Below, one piece after another: positions 37,754-46,252 of a DNA stretch of 64,000 bases. Each line of letters starts with the position of its first letter. The first letter of the stretch is position 1. Both the position numbers and the translations under genes were made by a program. The notes below the pieces were generated by a model. That model was given only the letters and a program-made list of their open reading frames with translations. It searched no databases and had not been told where the DNA came from. Origin of the DNA: Nitrosopumilus sp. (GTDB lineage Archaea > Thermoproteota > Nitrososphaeria > Nitrososphaerales > Nitrosopumilaceae); contig OZ244732.1 in the NCBI GenBank assembly GCA_965219345.1, positions 832,001 to 896,000 on the forward strand, in the 5' to 3' direction.

Positions 37754-37875
37754 GGAGGAGTAATCAAGCCTGGCCAAAGTAAGCACTTTGTGCTTTTGGA
37801 CATGCAGGACTTAAGATCAAATAATGGGTGATCCTGTCTTTCAGGAGTTCGTGGGTTCAAATCCCACCTCCTCCA
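37754..37875 (+). tRNA. tRNA-Leu(TAA) with two introns
   Basis: GGAGGAG/CTCCTCC acceptor stem; CAGGA CT TAA G[15-nt intron]A TCCTG; extra ~22 nt in the D-arm; long variable arm. Confidence 0.88.
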
Positions 37876-37880
37876 CTAAT

Positions 37881-38267
37881 CTATTTTGGATGTTTGATTC
37901 CTCTGGCGTTTAGAACTTCGTAAACATCTGGCAGTGAAAACACAAAACCAACATGTACACAATCTTTCTCATCACAGAGCTGGCAAAACAGTTCTCCTTT
38001 CTGAACTGCAACTTCTGCAATTCTATTTTTGATGTTATCTTTTAGTATTACACGATCATCATCGACAGAAATCTTTTCAATCTTTGGAGCATATCTTGCA
38101 AAGGTCTTGTCCTTTTGCATCATCTCCTCTAACATGTAAGTTACATAACCTGAAAAGCTATTGACACCTTTCATTGCAAGGTCGTCTTTGCTCTTTAGAA
38201 AAACATCATGGAATTTATCATAAACGTTCTCTGAAACGGTAATTGATTTGAATCCTGCTTTTGGCAA
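37881..38267 (-). CDS. ribbon-helix-helix-like protein with C-terminal CxxC-x4-CxH zinc finger
   Basis: FKSITVSENVYDKF N-terminus; CQLCDEKDCVH. Confidence 0.7.
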   Translation of the reverse strand: MPKAGFKSITVSENVYDKFHDVFLKSKDDLAMKGVNSFSGYVTYMLEEMMQKDKTFARYAPKIEKISVDDDRVILKDNIKNRIAEVAVQKGELFCQLCDEKDCVHVGFVFSLPDVYEVLNARGIKHPK

Positions 38268-38386
38268 TTTACTTTTCCCTTACCGTACATTAAGGTACCC
38301 AACTATATAATGTTTTATTTTAAAAATAGACCATTCACGTAGAGATAGAAATTAGTCTTTATACCATACCTCAATTCAAAAGCACT

Positions 38387-39280
38387 ATGGGTCGAGGCTA
38401 TTCAACTGAGGAGATGAGGCAAAAACTGATCTCAACTTTGGAGGATTCAGAGACTGGAATGTCTGGAGTCGAGGTTTCCGAAAAAATTGGTGTCAACCGA
38501 ATAACCATGGCAAAGTATCTCAAAGTTTTTGCGGCTGAAGGATTGTTACGACAAAAAAATATTGGAAATGTTACACTATGGTTTTTAGAGCCAGGACAAG
38601 AATCTTACAACTTTCCTGATGATTATTTCAAAATAGCACCGCAGTATCTTGATCATTTAGTAAAAGGTCATGAAGGCCAGGTTTATTCCCTTGTTCATAA
38701 TTGTCTACATTCTGGGGCAACAGTAAATCGTTTGATATTTGAAGTAATTTTGCCTGCCATCAATTCCGTTAAGAATTTGTATGATGATGGCAAGATTGGG
38801 ACTGCCGAACAAAATCTCCTTAGAACCACAATTTCGAAATCTCTTCAAATCTTTTATCAGCTTCAGGTTGTTTCAGATCCAAAAAAGAATGTAGTTGTAA
38901 TAGCAGCTGATGCACAAAGTCTATTGTTTTCTGAAGCTGCATCGTCCGCATATCATTCTGACGGTTGGAAGGTTTCTCATTTAGGTGATATGTCTTCGGT
39001 AATCAATGTCTTGTTTGATCTTGATTTTCAAAAATTGATTGGAAAAATTTGGAAACAAAAACCAGGAATTTTGATGGTAGCTGTATTCTCACAGACTGAT
39101 GAGGGTCTGAACTTTTTTGCCGACTCTATCAATCCTATAAAAGAAAAATCTGGAAAACAAATGAAATTAATACTTTGTGGAAAAATATCCAAAAAAACTA
39201 AAATTGATTCTGATCTATTATCTGAAAAACTTGAGGATATCTTACAGTGGTCTCAAACAGTATTTGAAAATATGAAATAG
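38387..39280 (+). CDS. HTH transcriptional regulator with degenerate B12-binding cap and Rossmann domains
   Basis: wHTH SGVEVSEKIGVNRITMAKYL, EVILPA...LYDDGKIGTAEQ cap and GWKVSHLG. Confidence 0.75.
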   Translation: MGRGYSTEEMRQKLISTLEDSETGMSGVEVSEKIGVNRITMAKYLKVFAAEGLLRQKNIGNVTLWFLEPGQESYNFPDDYFKIAPQYLDHLVKGHEGQVYSLVHNCLHSGATVNRLIFEVILPAINSVKNLYDDGKIGTAEQNLLRTTISKSLQIFYQLQVVSDPKKNVVVIAADAQSLLFSEAASSAYHSDGWKVSHLGDMSSVINVLFDLDFQKLIGKIWKQKPGILMVAVFSQTDEGLNFFADSINPIKEKSGKQMKLILCGKISKKTKIDSDLLSEKLEDILQWSQTVFENMK

Positions 39281-39288
39281 TGAAAGAA

Positions 39289-39363
39289 TGGGCCCGATGT
39301 GATTCGAACACATGACCTTTCGATTATCAGTCGAACGCTCCAGCCAAGCTGAGCTACGAGCCC
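39289..39363 (-). tRNA. tRNA-Ile(GAT)
   Basis: GGGCTCG...TTCGA CT GAT AA TCGAA...TTCGAAT...CGGGCCCA. Confidence 0.96.
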
Positions 39364-39396
39364 ACGAACAATTCTCTAGGCTGGAGTCATTTAAGT

Positions 39397-39951
39397 TTAA
39401 TTTTCTTTCCACTTGATTGAACAGCCAATTGACGGATCAAAATACTTTTCAATTTTTTCACCGGACAATAATTTTTGCATGTTGTTAATCATTGTCTTTT
39501 CTGTAACTGTATCATCTGGTTTCATGGCATTGTCAATTCTTCCATGAAAAACTAACTGCTTTTGGTTATTGAACAAGAATGGATCTGGGGTACACATCGC
39601 ACCATATTTCTTGGCAACCTCTTGTGTCTCATCTACCAGGTAATCAAACCCAAATCCTTTCTCTTTTGCTGTTTGTTTCATAGCATCAAAACTATCCTCA
39701 GGATAATCAACAGAATCATTACTGTTAATTCCTATAATGGCAATCTCTTTCCCAAATTTTTCATGGAGCTCGTTTAATGCATCCACTTTAGCTTTAACAT
39801 ATGGACAATGATTACACATGAAAATTACTAGAATTCCTTTGTAATTGCTGTAATCATTTAGCAGATGTTTTTTGTCATCAATTCCCAATAATTCAAAATC
39901 TGGTGCAATATCTCCTGCTTTCAGTTTTACTTGTGATTCTAAAAGTACCAT
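39397..39951 (-). CDS. AhpC/TSA thioredoxin-family protein
   Basis: APDFEL, CNHCPYV, CTPD and SIGCSIKW. Confidence 0.92.
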   Translation of the reverse strand: MVLLESQVKLKAGDIAPDFELLGIDDKKHLLNDYSNYKGILVIFMCNHCPYVKAKVDALNELHEKFGKEIAIIGINSNDSVDYPEDSFDAMKQTAKEKGFGFDYLVDETQEVAKKYGAMCTPDPFLFNNQKQLVFHGRIDNAMKPDDTVTEKTMINNMQKLLSGEKIEKYFDPSIGCSIKWKEN

Positions 39952-40031
39952 GGAAAAACCATCCTGTTTTCAAATAAAATCCTTGTCAAGAAGACAACAA
40001 TTAAAATCCACACGTTAACCATCCATCATAT

Positions 40032-40105
40032 GGGCCGGTAGTATAGCCTGGTAGTATACCCGCCTTGCACGCGGGGGGTCACGGATTCGAATTCCGTCCG
40101 GTCCA
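40032..40105 (+). tRNA. tRNA-Ala(TGC)
   Basis: GGGCCGG...CCCGC CT TGC AC GCGGG...TTCGAAT...CCGGTCCA. Confidence 0.95.
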
Positions 40106-40181
40106 CTTTTTACTATCCCGATCTATGCTGAATTTCAGACTGCTGGATGGATTTAAATAGGATAAGTTCCGGTTTTTTCTT

Positions 40182-40283
40182 ATGACAAGTGTAGCAGATG
40201 GATGGCCTGTATGGATTCCACTCATTGTTGGTCTAGCTCCAGGTTTAATTTACTGGATTGCACTTACCGCAAAGAGAAAATAA
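40182..40283 (+). CDS. 33-aa single-TM small protein
   Basis: MTSVADGWPVWIPLIVGLAPGLIYWIALTAKRK*; TTTAAATA box about 25-30 nt upstream; T-rich tract downstream. Confidence 0.7.
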   Translation: MTSVADGWPVWIPLIVGLAPGLIYWIALTAKRK

Positions 40284-40413
40284 AACTTACATCTATTTTT
40301 AATCTCTTTTTGTTATGTTCAAATTAGTGTCAACTGGGTTAAACGTTGTTACCTTTCTTGTTCACTATATGATATGATACACGAAATTAAACTACTACTC
40401 CCTAGAAATCCAT

Positions 40414-41475
40414 ATGCAGAAACTTGTTCTAAGCGCATTTTTGATTTTACTCTTTATTTCATTTTCCCAGGCATTCTCTCAAGAATATTCGGATAATGTT
40501 CCAACACTTTCTGTATCTCTGATAAATGACACCCCTTTTGTCTATCAGGATTCTGAGGGATATACCGTTGTAGTTGGCGCAGTTGAAAACAACGATTCCC
40601 TAGCTCATATAACCAATGTTATGATTCAAGTAAGCTTTTTTGATGATTTTGATTCCAATCCATTGGAAGTTGTAAATGGACGTACAACCTTACAAGTAAT
40701 TCCTCCTAATGGGCAGTCTCCATTTGCTATACGTTCTGAAACCGCAAATCCCAACATTACTCAAGCATCAGTGTCTCTTTTACCATTTGATGTTTCAGAA
40801 GCAAAACAAAAAGAACTTAAGATATTTCCTGGTGGGGTCTTTTCAGGTTCTTTGTTACACTTTTCCGGAGTTTTGCAAAGTGAAATTCCTCCTATTTCCA
40901 ATGCTAATGTTTATCTTGCCTTCTATGATGATTTTGATCCTCCAAGAATTCTTAGGGTGTATACAGTTGAAATTGGTGATGTAGAGTCAAATGAAGTAGC
41001 CTTTGAGTTTGACGAGCCAATCGACTTGAGGTCTGTAGGTTTCCTGGTGTTTTCTGAATCTGAAAAATTTTACTCGGATTTTGTTGATATAAAAATTCCC
41101 AATCCTAGAATCCCTACAAAACTACTAACAATTTCTGATGTGTCCGTAAAGGACATGATGGGAAACAAGCTTTCTGAAATAAAATTAGGATCAACCGTAA
41201 ATATAGAAAGTGAAACTTTACAGTTTGTAGCGGATCAAAAATCTAACGAAACTGCATATACCTATTATGTACAAATCAAAGAGTCCGGAACATCTCCCTT
41301 TGTTGAGTATATTGGAAAATTTGATGGACAATTCGTTGGAACGGGAACTGAATCTCAAACCATAGATTGGATTCCAGAAAAAAAGGGATTATTTTTTATC
41401 GAGACATTTGTTTGGGATAGAAATAACGTTCCACTAGCTGATCAGGGCCCTTTTGTTCTAATTCTTGTAAACTAG
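40414..41475 (+). CDS. secreted/surface protein with FxLYD-like immunoglobulin-type domains
   Basis: Signal peptide ending AFS; VVGAVEN...VSFFD...IPPNGQSPF pattern. Confidence 0.7.
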   Translation: MQKLVLSAFLILLFISFSQAFSQEYSDNVPTLSVSLINDTPFVYQDSEGYTVVVGAVENNDSLAHITNVMIQVSFFDDFDSNPLEVVNGRTTLQVIPPNGQSPFAIRSETANPNITQASVSLLPFDVSEAKQKELKIFPGGVFSGSLLHFSGVLQSEIPPISNANVYLAFYDDFDPPRILRVYTVEIGDVESNEVAFEFDEPIDLRSVGFLVFSESEKFYSDFVDIKIPNPRIPTKLLTISDVSVKDMMGNKLSEIKLGSTVNIESETLQFVADQKSNETAYTYYVQIKESGTSPFVEYIGKFDGQFVGTGTESQTIDWIPEKKGLFFIETFVWDRNNVPLADQGPFVLILVN

Positions 41476-41508
41476 TAGATTTATTTTCAAAGAATTCTAT
41501 ACATCTGC

Positions 41509-41982
41509 ATGTCTGAATTCTCTCTCATTGCCACTGGTGGCACATTTGATATAATTCATAGAGGCCATCTAACTTTACTTTCAACTGCATTTACAATTTC
41601 TGACAAAGTTATCATTGGACTAACTAGTGATGAACTTGCCGAAAAAAAGGGAAAACTACCAATCAACAAGTATGAAAAACGATTTGAAACTTTAACAGAA
41701 GTTATTTCAAAAGAATTTCCAAACTCTTCATTCCAAATTAGTAAACTTGGGAATGATTTTGGACCTGCTGTTTTAGAGAAAGGAGTTGAAGCCTTGATAG
41801 TTAGCGATGAAACAAGTAGTCACGGTCCTGTTCTAAACCGACTTAGAGCAGAAAAGAAACTACCTCCTGTTAAAATTATAACAGTTCCAATGTTTTTGGC
41901 AAAAGACGGCACAAGAATATCTACAACTAGAATCAAAAACTCTGAAATTGATACAGAGGGAAACTTGCTATCAATTGACTAA
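41509..41982 (+). CDS. coaD: phosphopantetheine adenylyltransferase
   Basis: GGTFDIIHRGH, GLTSD, IVSDET and ISTTRI. Confidence 0.92.
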   Translation: MSEFSLIATGGTFDIIHRGHLTLLSTAFTISDKVIIGLTSDELAEKKGKLPINKYEKRFETLTEVISKEFPNSSFQISKLGNDFGPAVLEKGVEALIVSDETSSHGPVLNRLRAEKKLPPVKIITVPMFLAKDGTRISTTRIKNSEIDTEGNLLSID

Positions 41983-42037
41983 TAGCTTGTCTAACCTTGA
42001 GTAATCGGAATAAAACAAAATTCTAGAATTTAGTCTC

Positions 42038-42367
42038 ATGGCAATAATCAATCACATGATGGAAAAAATTGACACGGACGTCTCGAACATGAAACAAGGG
42101 TTACAACCCCAAAACCTCTCGTTCTGGCATGATAAAATTATCAAAGAAACAATTGAGATGGCACCTCCTTGGCTTCAAGATAAAATCAAAGTTCATCAAG
42201 ATCCTGTACTTACAATGAAATTTAATTTGGATATTTCAAAACGCGCGGTTAGATATTTTATGATTGTTGTTGACAATAATTTAGATGATATGCCATATTC
42301 AACAAAGCTCTATTTTCTCAAAGTTCAGGAGATAATGTCAACTGAAATGGATAAATCTCTAGTTTAA
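42038..42367 (+). CDS. hypothetical protein
   Basis: 109-aa ORF with host-like codon style and a T-tract after the stop. Confidence 0.7.
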   Translation: MAIINHMMEKIDTDVSNMKQGLQPQNLSFWHDKIIKETIEMAPPWLQDKIKVHQDPVLTMKFNLDISKRAVRYFMIVVDNNLDDMPYSTKLYFLKVQEIMSTEMDKSLV

Positions 42368-42439
42368 TGAGATTTTTTTGTTTTAGGCACAAATTAAAGT
42401 CAAGGTATCTATAACCAATCCGTTTGAAATTCTCCAGAT

Positions 42440-43234
42440 ATGGAACTTTACAAAAGATATTCTGATAGAAAGAAATCTGGAAGAAATTCTAATCGAAGCG
42501 AAAAATCATTTCGTTCTTTTAGAAATTCCAGAGATGATGGGGGCTCAAGATATTCCAGAGATGATAGAAGAGAAGAATCTACAACTGTAACTTGTGCTGA
42601 TTGTGGTACCGAATGTCAAGTTCCATTTGTTCCGAGAACTGACAAACCTGTATTCTGCAGTGATTGTTTCAGACAAAACAAACCACAAGATTCTAGAAAT
42701 GATAGATATTCCAGAGATGATAGGGGTTCAAGATATTCCAGAGATGATAGGGGTTCAAGATATTCCAGAGATGATAGGGGTTCAAGATATTCCAGAGATG
42801 ATAGGGGTTCAAGATATTCCAGAGATGACAGGGGTTCACGTTCAAGTAAAGATAATTCTAGACCTAGAAAATCAATAAATAATAAATTTTTAAAAAAACA
42901 GGAAAGCTTCTTTTCTGATGGTTCAGAAAAATTCTATGCAACTCTAAAAGAAAAATTATTTGAAATTTTAGGAGGAAAAGTTTGTTCTAGCTGTGGATTT
43001 AAAGATGAAAGGGCTTTAGGATTTAGTCATAAATTTGATGATCAAGCATTTGATGATATTGGACGTGGAGGAGTCGCATCTTCATGGGGAAAGTATATCT
43101 CAGAACCGGAACTTGCTAGAGAAGAACTTAATGTGATGTGCTTGAACTGTAACGAAATTAGACAACCCATGTCAAAATCAAAAGAATCCAGTTCAAAACC
43201 TAAACAGAAAAAGAGCAGACACTTTCCTAGATGA
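42440..43234 (+). CDS. CxxC-x17-CxxC zinc-ribbon protein with RYSRDDRGS repeats and a C-terminal HNH-like zinc module
   Basis: CADC...VPF.P..DKPVFCSDCF; CSSC...CLNC. Confidence 0.85.
   Translation: MELYKRYSDRKKSGRNSNRSEKSFRSFRNSRDDGGSRYSRDDRREESTTVTCADCGTECQVPFVPRTDKPVFCSDCFRQNKPQDSRNDRYSRDDRGSRYSRDDRGSRYSRDDRGSRYSRDDRGSRYSRDDRGSRSSKDNSRPRKSINNKFLKKQESFFSDGSEKFYATLKEKLFEILGGKVCSSCGFKDERALGFSHKFDDQAFDDIGRGGVASSWGKYISEPELAREELNVMCLNCNEIRQPMSKSKESSSKPKQKKSRHFPR
42704..42838 (+). repeat. 27-bp tandem repeat x5 (encodes RYSRDDRGS)
   Basis: AGATATTCCAGAGATGATAGGGGTTCA repeated; related copies near 42525-42567. Confidence 0.95.
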
Positions 43235-43296
43235 TCATTAAAATCATCTTTGAGAATTTATTAACACTTTAATAATAATAATTTGGAAATCAAATT

Positions 43297-43380
43297 ATGG
43301 ACGGCGACTCCAAGGCATTAACAATTTCTCTAGTAGCTATGGTTGTAATTGTAACACTATATGCTGTATTTACTCTGTAA
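43297..43380 (+). CDS. 27-aa single-TM small protein
   Basis: MDGDSKALTISLVAMVVIVTLYAVFTL*; TTTAATA box about 25-30 nt upstream. Confidence 0.55.
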   Translation: MDGDSKALTISLVAMVVIVTLYAVFTL

Positions 43381-43382
43381 AT

Positions 43383-43664
43383 TCACTCTTTCACAATTTC
43401 TATACTGTGCTCTAAAATTTTAGTGGAAACTAGCTTGTGTTCTTTGTCAATTACTGATTGAATAAAATCCGCAAATTTCTCAACATTTACTTTATCCTTT
43501 AGTACAATACTGTGAGCGGATTTATCTTTCAATGAAATCACTAGCTCATTTTCAATCACATTTAGGATTGATGTAATGTAGGTTTCTTTACCATCCTTTA
43601 TGAAAATTAAACTAGCAAATTTCTGAGCCTCATATTTGCTGTCACATACAATACTAATTTTCAT
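43383..43664 (-). CDS. hypothetical protein
   Basis: ATGA overlap with the trpS stop codon. Confidence 0.7.
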   Translation of the reverse strand: MKISIVCDSKYEAQKFASLIFIKDGKETYITSILNVIENELVISLKDKSAHSIVLKDKVNVEKFADFIQSVIDKEHKLVSTKILEHSIEIVKE

Positions 43665-44773
43665 TTATTCTCAAAAAGGAATTGTTCTATCTGGTTTTTT
43701 GCCTTTTCTCTTTTTTCCTGATGAATGACAAGAAAATCGTTAATTTTTTCAATTAAAATTGCTTTTAATTCTCCAGTAAGTAATTTTCCAGATTTGTAAT
43801 CTTCATGGATTGACTTTAACTTGTTGTCATTTGGTTCAAAAAATATTCTGAGATATTGATATGATACATCTATGTCTGGATTTCCTCCAAGTTTTCTATG
43901 TTGTTCAATATCTGGCTGTCCACCTGAAAATGCATATTTGTTAATTTTCTTTTTTACTACATTTGGCGCATCAGTTGTGTAAACTGTACTATTTTCATCA
44001 GAAGCTGACATCTTTCCACCTGGCCCTTCCAAGCTTGGAATCATTATGTTGTGAATTAATGCGGGTTTTGGTTTTCCAACCTTTGATGCAATGTCTCTTG
44101 TTAATCTAAAGTGAGGGTCTTGGTCTACCCCTAACGGAATCAAGACCGGTTTATCTTCAATAAAACATGGTGCAGACTGTAATGATGTGTAAAAAATCAT
44201 GCCAATATTTGTCTCATTTGTAAAACCAAATGTTGCTTTTGTATTTGAAAAATTAATTTTCTTTGCTACTTGAGCTGCAATTGGATAGAGAGTTTGAATA
44301 TTTTTTGTATTGATAATAATTTTTGTTTTTTCTGGTTTGAAACCTAATGCAATAAAGTCTAATGCATTTTCATATGCAAATTTACTGGTTTCTTCTAAAG
44401 TAAGATTAGGTTTTGCGTAAAATTTTTCATCATCTGTTAATTGAAAATACATGTTAACATCAAACTTTTCTTGTAGCCATTTTGCAAAAACCCATGGTAC
44501 CAAATGTCCAATATGAGTATGACCAGAAGGCCCTCTTCCAGTATATAGAAAGAATTTGTTACCCTTTTCATAATCATCAAGAATTCTGTTCATTTCTCTA
44601 TGGGAGAAGAAAATACCTCTTCTGAGCATGAAATGGTCCTCGCCAGTATTCTTCTTGATCCTCTCTTGTAATTCTGAAGAAATCTTCTCAGTACCAAACC
44701 TCTTGATTAATTTATCATAATCAATATCTCCTTCAACATGCCAAGGAGTTACAATAAAGTCATCAGCTGACAT
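43661..44773 (-). CDS. trpS: tryptophan--tRNA ligase
   Basis: LYTGRGPS, HIGH, DQDPHFR and KMSAS. Confidence 0.98.
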   Translation of the reverse strand: MSADDFIVTPWHVEGDIDYDKLIKRFGTEKISSELQERIKKNTGEDHFMLRRGIFFSHREMNRILDDYEKGNKFFLYTGRGPSGHTHIGHLVPWVFAKWLQEKFDVNMYFQLTDDEKFYAKPNLTLEETSKFAYENALDFIALGFKPEKTKIIINTKNIQTLYPIAAQVAKKINFSNTKATFGFTNETNIGMIFYTSLQSAPCFIEDKPVLIPLGVDQDPHFRLTRDIASKVGKPKPALIHNIMIPSLEGPGGKMSASDENSTVYTTDAPNVVKKKINKYAFSGGQPDIEQHRKLGGNPDIDVSYQYLRIFFEPNDNKLKSIHEDYKSGKLLTGELKAILIEKINDFLVIHQEKREKAKNQIEQFLFENK

Positions 44774-44821
44774 TCAATCTGACTTAGGTTAAGGTTTAAA
44801 AAGTCTTTTTCGATCTTTCTG

Positions 44822-46252
44822 ATGTTGTCACAAGTTTTTCATGATATTGAAAAAAAAATCATTCATTCTTTGCAGCCTGATCAAATTCTAACAATATCTG
44901 AAATTGAAAAACAAACTGGTTTACAATCTGATCAAGTTAGAAGGGGCATTGAATGGTTAAAATTGAAAAATCTTACACATGTGAAAGAATCAACTGATGT
45001 TCATTATCATTTTGGAAAGAAAGGTGATGAAGCTATTGAAAATGGTTTACCTGAAAGAAGATTAGTAAATGAAATTGAAAAAGGAAATACGACTTTTGAT
45101 AGGTTAAAACCCATTTTAGGTTTAGATTTTAATGCAGCTATAGCATATGCAAAAAAGAATAATTGGATCTCTATTTCAAAAAATGAAACATCAACAGAAC
45201 TTTCTTTAAATGAGGTTCATCAAGAATCATTAGAAGAAAAATTTATCCTCGCCAATAAATCTCTTGAAAAAGATAAAACTAATGAAATTAAAGTATCTGC
45301 AGACTCTCTTTTTGCAGTAGCGTCGCTTAAAAAACGTCCTGATTTTATTGTTGAATCGTCATCCATCATCAAAAAAATTTCATTAACTGTTGAAGGCAAA
45401 AAAATCAATTTAGATGGTTTATCTCATTCAAGTGGCGCAATTGATGTTGAAGCAAATGTACCTGAAGTTTTTGCTTCAAGAACCCATCCATTAAAAGACA
45501 CTATTGATGAAATTCGTGAAATTTTTGTTACATTGGGTTTTTCAGAAATTCTTGGAAGTATGACCCAGCCAAGCTTTTGGAACTTTGATGCTCTATTTAC
45601 CCCACAAGATCATCCTGCAAGAGAATTACAGGATACATTTTATCTAGATGGCGTTTCTGCCAAAAAAATTGCAACTCCTGAACAAATTAGAAAAGTCTCT
45701 GAATCCCACAAAAAGAATTGGGGATATCATTGGGATATCAATGAAGCAAGAAAAATGGTTTTAAGAACTCACACCACCTGTGTTACAATTAAACATCTAG
45801 CTGAAACCAAACCTGATGAAGCTAGAGTTTTCTCATTAGGTCGTGTATTTAGAAATGAAAAAGTAAGTTACAAACATCTTGTAGAATTTAATCAAATTGA
45901 AGGAGTTGTTGTAGGAAAGGATGCTAATCTGAGAAATTTAATGGGAATTCAAAGAGAATTCTACAAACGAATTGGAATTACAAAGATAAAATTCTGGCCA
46001 ACATTTTTTCCGTATACAGAACCGTCACTGCAAACTATGGTGTATAATGAAAGATTAGGAAAATGGGTTGAACTATTTGGAATGGGAATTTTCAGACCAG
46101 AAGTAACTAAACCTCTTGGAATTACTAAACCTGTTTTGGCATGGGGTGGCGGTATTGAACGAATTGCAATGCTAAAGTATGGTCTTGATGATGTTAGGGA
46201 ATTTTACAATAACAACTTGAGTTGGCTAAGGAGTGCTAGAAAATGCCAGTAG
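44822..46252 (+). CDS. pheS: phenylalanine--tRNA ligase alpha subunit
   Basis: WNFDALF.PQDHPAR, LRTHTT and FPYTEPS. Confidence 0.98.
   Translation: MLSQVFHDIEKKIIHSLQPDQILTISEIEKQTGLQSDQVRRGIEWLKLKNLTHVKESTDVHYHFGKKGDEAIENGLPERRLVNEIEKGNTTFDRLKPILGLDFNAAIAYAKKNNWISISKNETSTELSLNEVHQESLEEKFILANKSLEKDKTNEIKVSADSLFAVASLKKRPDFIVESSSIIKKISLTVEGKKINLDGLSHSSGAIDVEANVPEVFASRTHPLKDTIDEIREIFVTLGFSEILGSMTQPSFWNFDALFTPQDHPARELQDTFYLDGVSAKKIATPEQIRKVSESHKKNWGYHWDINEARKMVLRTHTTCVTIKHLAETKPDEARVFSLGRVFRNEKVSYKHLVEFNQIEGVVVGKDANLRNLMGIQREFYKRIGITKIKFWPTFFPYTEPSLQTMVYNERLGKWVELFGMGIFRPEVTKPLGITKPVLAWGGGIERIAMLKYGLDDVREFYNNNLSWLRSARKCQ

Noticed and set aside
42594-42878. 94-aa ORF with DIPEMIGVQ repeats
   Set aside because: Alternate frame of the 27-bp tandem repeat inside the zinc-ribbon gene.
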